The position numbers were made by a program, and so were the translations under genes. Source: Paraphysomonas bandaiensis (taxonomy: Eukaryota > Protista > Chrysophyceae). From it: 64,000 nt of DNA. The notes under the pieces were generated by a model that saw only the letters and a program-made list of their open reading frames with translations, made no database searches and was not told the DNA's origin. Positions within the stretch are counted from its first letter, which is position 1; each line of letters begins with the position of its first letter. Below, piece after piece: positions 50,165 to 61,117 of the stretch. The DNA is taken from contig CBFFRP010000410.1 in the NCBI GenBank assembly GCA_965644295.1, positions 186,001 through 250,000 of the forward strand. Reading direction: 5' to 3'.

Positions 50165-50720
50165 TTGGGCCCCAGTCAACAATATATAGCAATATATTGC
50201 AAGCAAAACTAAAAAATAATAATATTTTAAAGACCAACAATACTACTTATACTTACTAAATACTAAATAATATGCTGCAACATATTGACATAATATATTG
50301 GGCGCTGAGAAGAAGAAATGAGCTTGATTGATAGTAACTAGTTTTCGTAGAGGTTGCAACTTTCTGATGAACACCCAACAATAACAGTGCAGAAACTAGC
50401 ACTCTAAAAGTGTTACAGCTCTTTGTCACTGTCGTCCAGATTCTTATAATCGGACTGTCCATCATCGATGACCTGTTGCACTGTCTTTGTGGTCCACAAG
50501 TGCTTGTTGAAGCGAAGTAACAGCAGCAGTTCGAGGCGTCGTGGGGTCATTCCTTGTCGCAAGTGTGTCATGATAATCTTGGCTCTGATGAACAACGCTT
50601 CATAACGCTAGTTATACTGAATATGTGTTTGGGCGATCAATACTGGGTGTCAAGCTGTAGTCGTAACTACTTGGTAGCTCTCTGGCTTATACCGATGTCA
50701 AGAAAGGATATTATATATAT
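50165..50720 (-). mobile_element. hAT transposase remnant
   Basis: FIRAKIIMTHLRQGMTPRRLELLLLLRFNKHLW resembles the hAT dimerisation domain; CAATATATTGCAA subterminal motifs as in other copies; boundaries approximate. Confidence 0.7.
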
Positions 50721-51324
50721 TGATACTTCAAGCATTTTGCCAAAGCTGATAGTGAAGGCGATTGGAGCAGTGCCACTTGTTCCAGGTCACGACATGACTT
50801 ACCTGATACACACTGCACACCAATTTCATCACTTTATTTTTCCCTTGTGATGTATTTTAGCATTCAGAGGAACAACTGAATAATGAAGGCCAACGTAAGA
50901 ACGTAAGCATATATGTATTTAAGCATAAGAACGACAAAACTTTACTATATTTATTCTGGAATTTCAAATCAGTTGAACAGACAGGCGTTAAATATATTTC
51001 TAACGTGATGATAATGTACATGACACATGACAGCAAGAACCTCGAACGACTGTGATATTTCAATACCTTGCAGTTGCTAGTTCCTCAATTCACTTGAATC
51101 TACGGAATAGGGGTAGAGTTGTTGGAGCTATATATTTAGTCATAGTACGGTGCAAAATTTGTATATAAATATCGTGAAAAAGAAGAAAAATATCCAATTG
51201 TTCTGGAACTCTAACACATGTACAGCACTTTTCGTTTAGTAAATATATATTATAATATCAGATATATCATACTGCTATGAAGGGAGACTGGAATGAATGC
51301 ATACAAAAGTAGAGGCATTTACCA

Positions 51325-51373
51325 CAGGTCTGCGTATCAATTACTAATTGCAATTATAATTGACTACAACCTG
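51325..51373. mobile_element. Very short member of the CAGG(G/T)CTG MITE family
   Basis: CAGGTCTGCGTATCAATTA...TAATTGACTACAACCTG; similar to 15672-15753; no TSD seen. Confidence 0.5.
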
Positions 51374-51806
51374 CGTTACGTAGTTCCCAGATCTTCTATT
51401 TCCAATACCTGTTTAACCTAACCAGACCAGCATGATCTTATAGCATTCTCAATCTCAATACAAATAGATCAATACTTGGGCTTGGAAAATAGTTTTTTAT
51501 AATGCAGTACAAATTCAATCAAGCCCTCAAAACTTTGCAATCCTAAGATTTATTGATTGTAAATAAATTTTAAATATATAATGTTCACCAAAAGATGTGA
51601 AACAAGAAATCCTAAATAGTGTAATACTTTAAAATCGATTGTATTGCGCTCTATATCGAGTAATCTGAAAGACGTAGAAATTAATATCACTAATATTAAC
51701 AATATCTACTTACCAAATGCGCTCACTGTGTTCTCTCCCACGAAATCTGACCTATAGTTTTTACCTGAACGTATAGAAAAGTAAAGGATATCTTTGTACC
51801 AAAAAT

Positions 51807-54214
51807 CTACGTACCCACAGTCTTAAGAATATTGATAAAACATTCTAAAGTACAAGGCTTAACAACTACTTTATTAGCCCCTGCAGCAATAAATCTGTCA
51901 GCATCTTCAGGCACTGCGCTACCAGTAATGAATACGATCAAGCCACTGTAACCCATGTTCCGTATCAGAGCAGTTGCATCCTCACCACACATTTCGGGCA
52001 TGACGGCATCCATGAATATAATATCAAATGGAGTGCCACAATTAAGGGACTCGCGGACTTTGGCAACAGCCTCGTGACCGTTCTCAGCTTGAGAGACAGC
52101 ACCTACTCTCGGTACTAACATTCGGCAAAGCAATTTTCTATTAACGGCAGAATCATCAACAACTAGAATTCTTATGGTGTTCAAAAAGGAACATTCGTTA
52201 ACACTAGAACGGCTAGACCTTTTTAGGGTTTTGCCAGCTATTATGTCGTCTTCGAGAGCATCATTAGAAGAAAAGCTGTAATTAGGAACCACATCAAGTT
52301 CTACGTAAAACATAGACCCTTTTCCTGACTCAGACTGAACTCCAATTTGTCCGCCGTGAAGATCCACTATTTTTTTAGAAACTGTGTACACTTAAAGTCA
52401 CCGAAATAGAAATGTCATATTGTCTAGACTTACTCCATAAACCGATACCGGAGCCACCACCATTTTGGAGTTCTGCAGCATTAAATTGAATAAATTCCTG
52501 AAACAGTTTCCGAATATCTTTCTGTAAAAAACATAAAACATCTAATTGTATAAACCAATATGGACACTCACAGATGATATTCCTACACCCGTATCATGCA
52601 CCTCAATCCTTAACACCTTCTTAGTGATATCATAGGTGGACAATGAGTCCGATGACATAGACGACTGCCATGCAACCTTGCATCCATGGGGTGAATCAAT
52701 AGATAGCTGCGTTGGTTGTACAGAATGTGGTGAATATGTGGAAAACGATGATTCGGTTGGTAACATTTCTGACGATTTATGGGTCAGATAGGCGTAGACA
52801 TCCACTCTCCCGCCCTTTGAGGTAAACTTAAGAGCATTCGATATAAGATTACGAAGAACTTGACTAATCTTGCGGTGGTCGACGTTGATATGTACATTTT
52901 TCATCCTGAGGACTGGGTCAATGTGACTATCGAGGTCATATTGAAACACTACACCCTTCTCTCTAGCCTGCCAGTAAAAACTACAATAAGATAGAGTAGA
53001 AAAATACTACATATCAACTAATGCATACACTATGTGGTGAGATTAAATCAAAAAGACACCTAAATTCACCTGCACGCGGAATGGGTCCGCGACACTTTTA
53101 ATCAATTCTGCTGCAGGTACATGTTCCTCTTCAAGAAACACATTCCCTGTCTCTAACTTGTTCGCTAGCAAAAACTCATTCAGAATATCAATAGCCACCT
53201 GGCAAGATGTGTCAATATCTTTTAATATATCCATTATATCAGCGCCATTATTGATAGTTGCCGAGCATTCCTTAGCGAGAAGCTGGATACCCATGTAGAC
53301 AGCATTAAGAGGTGTCCGTATCTCGTGCGACATGTAGCTCACATATTCCCGCTTTGATTTAATAGTGTGCTGTACAATATACAATTATTGCAATCGACAC
53401 AGAAAATATATATCACAACCTCAGCAATTGCGGTTTCATATCTCGCCTGTCGCCCAGGGATTGTAGTTGCAAGAATACATATAAAGACATCGGCGAAACC
53501 GACGTGAGCCATATCCCCCGTTATGTGAAATATTAGAAATTTGGTCGCAGTATTAACGACAAAAAGTGAACTATATAGTGCTGAAACTATATCAATCTTC
53601 AAATTTTTACAAAATCTGGACACAAGAATACAAACAACAAGAACTGAGGACAATAGCGACAGGGTTCTTGCAGCTATGTTCCATCCAGTAGTTAGGACAG
53701 AAGGGTGAAAGGCTTCCCACAGCAACGACTGCAACGAAAAGGTATTCATTAACCATACACTAAAAACTGTTGCAACGGTCTTCCATGAGCAGCCATCGAA
53801 TAACAGAAAACTAAGGAAAGCTCCTCGCAGCAAAGATTCACGCATTCGTAACGTGACAGCTGCAAATGGAACAATTCTGTCACTTGACAACACTGTGCTC
53901 ATAGCGTAAATTCCCGCTCCAGGAAGTGCTAATGCACATACAATCACCCATCTAGGTAACGTGGACCGGAGGGGCAAACGAAAATCCAGGAGTGTATCAA
54001 GTGTCATAGGGAGGGCTGAAGTAAACGTAACTATGAAAGACAAATACATTAAATGCATGTTCCTGAGATCAACAGATGTATCGAACATATGAACACCATG
54101 ATATTCAATTTGAAGTAAGAACGGAATGAATGAAGATAAGCCATCAATTAATGTTAATGCCAGTAATATCTCACGAGGATTATGATAACACCAATTAATG
54201 AAACCATTCATCAT
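51807..54214 (-). CDS. Hybrid histidine kinase with multi-pass membrane sensor (about 7-8 TM - HisKA - HATPase - REC)
   Basis: YMSHEIRTPL, QVLRNLISNALKFT, DTGVGI, GGGSGIGLW, VVDDS..FMDAVMPEMCG..VKP. Confidence 0.9.
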
Positions 54215-54592
54215 ACTAGAAAACTATAAGTTACTTATAATGACAACTCTTGTCATTCGTAATATGCAACTGTGTCTTCTATGGATGGAAGTGAGTATTA
54301 CTTGCATCATTTGTTTGAAAGGAGAGCGTGCCGTAACCGTAATTATGATACTGCTATACCCCTTCAAGCATATCCCACTCATCTGATTGGATGAGAAGGA
54401 GAAGTCGAACTCCTGCATCCCACGGCATCCCTCCATATACTTAAGTACGATAGAGGTGTACTGCTGTACCATATTTGGGTATATGAGTACAAGTGTTGTA
54501 GGAATTCCAAGACTATTAATGAGGAAGATGTTGTATTCTGTCGGTATTCCGATTGAATTTTCGTACAGATATACTGCTGTACATACCTCGTA

Positions 54593-54775
54593 ATGTATGT
54601 GTATGTATGTATGTATGTATGTATGTATGTATGTATGTATGTATGTATGTATGTATGTATGTATGTATGTATGTATGTATGTATGTATGTATGTATGTAT
54701 GTATGTATGTATGTATGTATGTATGTATGTATGTATGTATGTATGTATGTATGTATGTATGTATATGTATGTATA
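54593..54775. repeat. (TATG)n microsatellite between divergent His kinase and HECT genes
   Basis: Directly visible array. Confidence 0.97.
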
Positions 54776-55148
54776 TGGGTAGGTAGGTAGGTATTATCCA
54801 ATGTGGTATACTGCTGTATACAGTACTTGTAGTATTTCGGATTTCTAATTAGAATATACTGTACATGTACATGTATATGTATGTATGTATCATAGCAGAA
54901 CGCCACATGCAGTATGTATGTATGTAGAGTGTACAGCATATAGTGTATATCCCCACCACACCAGGCCTCTACATACACATACATCTCTCATCCTCATAGA
55001 TCTTCTACATCACACGAGATAACCTCAACACCTCTTATCCACCACATCCTCTGATGTCAATCACACTACAGATAGAATAGATAATGCATTGAGCTGTATT
55101 TAGTATCATCTAGCCAGCTCTCACATATCTCCGTCTACCATACCAAAC

Positions 55149-57607
55149 ATGCCTCTAAACTCCATATATATCACACCATATATCACCATCACCCTCTTAT
55201 TATACACAGTTAATGCATCGAATGTTACAAGTTGTGAAAAAAAGACAAACTGTGATGACTGTGTAGGTACATTCGCTTCATCATCAGACTGTGTATGGTG
55301 CACTAGTTCAGGATTATGTATCACTAAACATAATGGTGATTGTCCGGATGGTGATGAAAAGGATAGCTGTAGCTCATCCTACTATATGACAATATTTATT
55401 ATTGTTGTTTCTGCTTTGTTATTTTTATGTTGTGCTTCCTGCATACTTCGAAGGTTTAATAGACGGAGTGATGGATCTCTTATGGTGCCTCTTCTTGGAA
55501 GTAGTGAAGATCGTGTAATGCTCTTTCGAAACAGTTTATTTGATTCTGGTGAAGTGGAATGGATGTGTGCTATATGTGGTTTCGATAATAAACCGCGCAA
55601 TGAATTTTGCAACATGTGTGGTACTTCGCATGAGTTTACTAAGGATTATAAAGAAGAAAAGGACACTACCAAGCGCCGCCGTAAGGAAGAGCGTAAAATG
55701 AAACGTGAAATCTCGATTCCAACTGAGGCGCAATTTAACGAAGCTTCCCGCCATTCCATGTCTCCGATGCGTCACTCATTATCCCAGGAAGAACGTCAAC
55801 AAGCTTTTAATTATCGCCGTTTGAACCAGCTCACCTTACGTCAGAAAGGGGCACGCAGACGACGAATGTGGCAACGTACAGTTGATCCTGAAACGGGTAT
55901 AATGTCATGGACTCGTGTTAACTTCAAAGAGGCAATGAAGTCATCTCATCAACAGCAGAGTTCCTCAGGAAGCTCAGTCCAGCGCTCGTCCTTGTTCGGG
56001 ATGAGGCGGTCCCATGTGTCATTCTCTGACGCATCTTACAGCCATCGATCCAGAAATAGTTCTTTCCAGGACTCAGCGTATTCTGGCGAGGGAATCATGC
56101 GAGACTCATTTGATGCAACCATGAACTCGATGTCTCCTGGATACTCCTCCTATCTCAATCAGAGCGGAGATTTACAATGGGACAAGATCGAAACTGGTCA
56201 ACGACAGGCTCAAAATCCTCCTCGAGCCAATATCTCCGCTCCAAGCACATCTTCCTATGCTGGTCTTATGGAGTCTATGCTACCACAGGACCTGCAGGCA
56301 GTTGTTGCTATGTCTTTCAATGATAAAATTTTATGGTTTATGGATATGCTATCCGCTTTACAGCGCCCTTGGACAGATGGACATATTCGCATTGAAGTCA
56401 CCCGAAACAATTTGCTACAAGATTCCTACGACCAGTTTATGGCTTTGTCTGCCAATGGCACGGAGCTGCATAGATGGATGCGAATACATTTCATTGGCGA
56501 GTCGGGTATCGATGCCGGGGGGTTGGAGCGCGAGTGGTTTCTATTGTGTACGCAGGCGCTGTTTGAGTCTTCCACTGGTCTTTTCACATGCTCATCCGGG
56601 GGAGATGCTCTAGCTGGCACGTATCATATCAACCCTGTATCCCACCTCGCGCGTAGTAATCACCTAGGATACTACCACTTTGCAGGGCGCCTTTTGTCGA
56701 AGGCTGTCATGGAGCAACAGACAATACCCGCTATGCTATCGTTGCCGCTCCGAAAACAAATTCTTGGAATTCCTATAACCTTCTCGGACTTAGAGTTTGT
56801 TGATGTAGACCTCTATAGAAACTTAACTTGGCTCAGAGACATACCTGAAGGTGTAGAGAGTCTTGGACTTGTATTTGCAGTTGACTACCAGTACAATGGG
56901 TACTCGTCAACGTTCGAGTTAAAGCCTGGAGGAGCTGATATCCCTGTGACTGATGATAACAAGCAGGAGTTTCTGGAACTAAGACTGCGACACAGAATGC
57001 TGGACTCTATAAAACCTCAACTTGAAATGTTGCTGAAAGGATTCTACGAAGTTCTTCCACCTGAGTTGGTTGCCGTTTTTGATTACCAGGAGTTGGAGCT
57101 TCTCATGTGTGGTCTTCCTACACTGGATCTCGACGACTGGATGCGACACACTGAGTATATGGGGGAGTTCTCCCGATTAGGACCGAGGCATCGTGTAATA
57201 AAGTGGTTTTGGGAAGTTGTTGCATCTTTCTCGGACGAGGAGAGAGTCCGACTACTGCAGTTTACCACTGGGTGCAGCCGTCTACCTGCACAGGGTTTCA
57301 AAGCTCTACAATCTAATGACGGAAACTTTAGAAAGTTTAACTTACAGAGCATACGTAAAGAGGTGAGAACAAGTATTGATTGTGAAAATTACCAATTGTT
57401 CGCATGCTTCGTTTTTTATATAGATTGTTATTTGCAATATTTTATAGCATAAGAATGACTCACTCGTATTACTAGGACTCCGCATACCCTAGAGCGCACA
57501 CCTGTTTCAATAAATTGGACCTTCCTCTGTATGATTCCAAGCGCGAGTTAGAAGCATACCTTAGCGTTGTCATTAACATGGAAGTTACGGGCTTCACCAT
57601 AGATTAA
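55149..57607 (+). CDS. Membrane-anchored HECT E3 ubiquitin ligase (signal peptide, PSI-like, TM, RanBP2 ZnF, HECT); 2 exons
   Basis: F.GESGIDAGGLEREWF, LLQFTTGCSRLP, last exon YPRAHTCFNKLDLP..GFTID* with catalytic Cys. Confidence 0.93.
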
Positions 57608-58210
57608 GATATACAGTTCACAATATATAGTTCATAATACATATTTGAGCACATACATATTTGTCTGTGTAAATAATTTTTGTATGTCAATTCTATTCTG
57701 GTGCGAAATTGGCACCGTCGCATATACCTTATGCACAGCTGCAATTCATGGACCACATATGACTACATGCAATTGAGTCACTATTCACTCAGCTATTAAT
57801 TGCAATATATGTTTCACTTCCGCAATGAAAATAGAACCTAGTTCTCAAACAAGTAGCAGCGTTCTAGGCGACACAGAATGATTAAGAATACGCTGGCAGC
57901 AGCATGTGTTATATGTTATTGTTGGTTGCTTTTATATTACTGTTAATAGGGGCTCCCAAATAGAAGTATCACCGTTTCCATGTTTGCATGCCTGCCCAAA
58001 TATTAATACGAAGAATGTCGGCCCCACAAGGCTATTAAAATGAAATAAAAGTCATTGCAGGTGCAGATTGCAGAGATATATATAATATCTAATATCTACC
58101 CACTCCTGAATTGTCGTACACAAAGTGATTTCACACATCGCTCTCGTAACTTCTCTGTCCTAGAGAAACACAAACGGCGAAAGAAGTTAGAATATGCAAT
58201 AAACAATATA

Positions 58211-58466
58211 AACTAGATCTTATTCCCTCAACAAAGTCGGACTCGCTAGGCTGCCTGCTGAATTCAAGCATCCGGGATGTTCACCTTAAGGACTCAAAAC
58301 TTCTGAAGTTAGCAGATGTCAGGTATATCAACATTCTGCTTGCTTACTGCGTTTGCTTTGAGTGATAGAGCTTATGTGGTTGCACCTTGGTGCTTGCGGC
58401 AACGCACAAACAGCCTCCGTAGTCCATAGCGAGTTAAATAGTAGGATAATAGAGTTTGATCTAGTT
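58211..58466. ncRNA. Candidate structured RNA element, unassigned
   Basis: Nested complementary segments seen by eye; no known family motif recognised. Confidence 0.3.
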
Positions 58467-58775
58467 AGTAACAGGTAGACGTCTATCTAGCTTGACTAAT
58501 TTCTTCTAGCTACTACAATAACACAATAACTTCTTCTAGCTACTACACTGGTGCTGATTCTTAACGCCTATTGCTAGTAATAAGACTTTCAATATAGATC
58601 TTATTCATTAAAAGAACACTTCCCACGGTTATGTAAGCCACAGCATTCACCCACATATCGCACTACGCCTGACAATTTAAGGCAGCAACACACGCTACAA
58701 ATGCCAACATCAGTTAGTACGGTATGGAAACAAGATCATTCGGCCGTCGACAACATATACACTTCCGACGTACAA

Positions 58776-60313
58776 TCATGCATTTACACTCTTTAAGTAT
58801 TTGACAAGCTCAGTCACGTTTGTGTTACATCCTGCAGAGTTGTGCCCCTTGAGCTCATTGAAAACACCGACAACAATAGCAGTGTTGCTGACAGCTACAC
58901 AACACCCTCCTTTCATCTAGATGCGAAAATCAATAATTACTACCAAAGTTAAGAAAAATACAAATAGTACCTTTTTGCCATAAACAACGTAACACCCAGC
59001 CTCATCGTCTTCGAATGCACGCAGTATCTGTAGAACGAGCACTCAATACAAAAGGAGAAGGTGGGGTATAAATATTCGGGACTATCGCATGTTGAGCAGT
59101 TCATGCACCACGTCAATGCTTACAACTCCATTATTACCTGCATTTTTCTTTCCCCATTGAGTCGAAGTCCCTGAGATGGTTTCGGTCCACCTTTCATCAA
59201 CTACGCAACCGTTATCACGGTATTTCTAACACACGATAACTACGGCGATAACACAGCATATGCTACCCTCGTTACGAACATGCTCGTCACGTACAAAGCT
59301 GTACATGTTTACGACGTACACAGTACCCACCTGCACAAGATTTTTAGCCTCGTCTACAGTCTCAGTCACATCCGTGCCGTCCTCCTGAGGGATCTCTGCT
59401 TCATAGGTCTTAAGCTATACAAGAACCAGTCAGTGACAGTGAAAACATGAAGTCCAGACATTTTGTGCATAACCTTTCCTCCAATACAACTACATGCATG
59501 AAGATAGTACTCACCGTAAAATCGGGAGTAGATGCCCACACTGTCCCATCAGTGCTGGAGCAAATAATTGCATTTTCAATATCACCCTTGCCCACAAGCA
59601 TTGTTTCCACATATGGTTGCCAAGAGGAAGCCGCTATGGATGTTCCTGCTGCAGAAGCGTCTTCTGTACCACTAGGCCATGAAATCTGTAAAAGGTATTT
59701 GGCCATTTCAACAACCACTTCATTGCACCCAGCAGATGAGTGGCCTTTTAGTTCATCAAATGTGGCGACTATGATACACTTCCCAGCACCAGCAATACAA
59801 CACCCTCCTTTCATCTATTACCGGTAATCATAGGTAAAACTATAAAAGCCAAATCAAGATAGCGTCTACTTACCACTTTTCCAAATACGACAAATGTATT
59901 GGCATCATCATCTTGAAAAGCTCTCAGGATTTGCTGCTTCTTGCCTCCATTCAGACGTAATCCTTGAGACGGTCTACCACGCCCTGACATGAGCTAAATA
60001 TGTTTTAGATCTACACAATACAATGTATATATATACAGTATACCTTAAGTAGATTAGTAGCCTCATTGACGAGCTCATCCTTATCAGTGCCGTCTTCTTG
60101 TACGATACTAGCCGTATACTCTCTGAGCTATAGTATAATACAGATAGAATACAGTAGATTAATAGTAATATCCACATGTATGTATATGATTTCTACCATG
60201 AAGTCAGGTGTTCCAGCCCAGTGATTACAGTCTTCAGCATCGACGATCATCACATCCTCAATATTCCCTTTAGCTTTAATATAATCCACATACATTTGCC
60301 ATGTAACGGACAT
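58776..60313 (-). CDS. Tandem two-domain profilin (apicomplexan/stramenopile type)
   Basis: Two repeats of WQxYV..WA.TPDF..QEDGTD..V(N/D)EA..GLRLNGGKK..KGGCC.A..F(D/N)ELKGH..KYL joined in one exon by a short linker. Confidence 0.88.
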
Positions 60314-60473
60314 GATGATCAATAGGAATGTAATGTGATTGTTTTAATATGAATCTATTGGGGGGAGTATGTATATATAGGCAGGTGATGGGAGGGTGAT
60401 GGAGCTAATAGATATGCTGCCTGCCTACTCTCTTACATACATACATAGAGATGCATACATACATCTAGACATG

Positions 60474-60594
60474 TACATACATACATACATACATACATAC
60501 ATACATACATACATACATACATACATACATACATACATACATACATACATACATACATACATACATACATACATACATACATACATACATACAT
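60474..60594. repeat. (CATA)n microsatellite between divergent profilin and unknown gene
   Basis: Directly visible array. Confidence 0.96.
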
Positions 60595-61117
60595 AGTACT
60601 GTAGATGCATCTACAGCAGTACACATCTCTATACTATAGACTGTATTCTGGTATACCTTACATACATACAGCAGTGTATTATAGCTAACGGGATTTCAGC
60701 ATCAGACTACAATAGAATACATAGGTATATATACATAGGGTAAAATAGCATACTTCAGTCCCTTCAAACTACGAACTATTTGGAGTATTTTTGAATATAT
60801 ATATACGTATTTTTGAATATAGAGACCTGAAAACAGCCTATATATATACAAAGTTCTGTGTATGTATGTAGTAGACAGAAGCTGATACGACCCCAACATA
60901 CATACATACATGTTGACATGTTACACCTCTAGACCTCCATAGTAGAGTATATGATCTATTAACATAATCCAACCAAACAGATTGTAAGTTCATACTGACC
61001 TGTAGTAACTCATTACAGGTAGCCATCATTCATGCATTAAGATTCAACCGTCATATCATATCATTTGAATACATATACATACACACTCCCCTCCATACTA
61101 ACATCATCTAAATAAAG

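Noticed and set aside
58254-58271. CCTGCTGAATTCAAGCAT resembles the 5' conserved motif of LSU rRNA
   Set aside because: Similarity does not extend on either side; not called rRNA.
58501-58548. Direct repeat TTCTTCTAGCTACTACA twice
   Set aside because: Trivial local duplication with no further structure.
1604-60624. Many MYVC/YIHT-repeat ORFs in the ORF track
   Set aside because: Translations of (TATG/CATA)n microsatellites, which have no stop codons in any frame.
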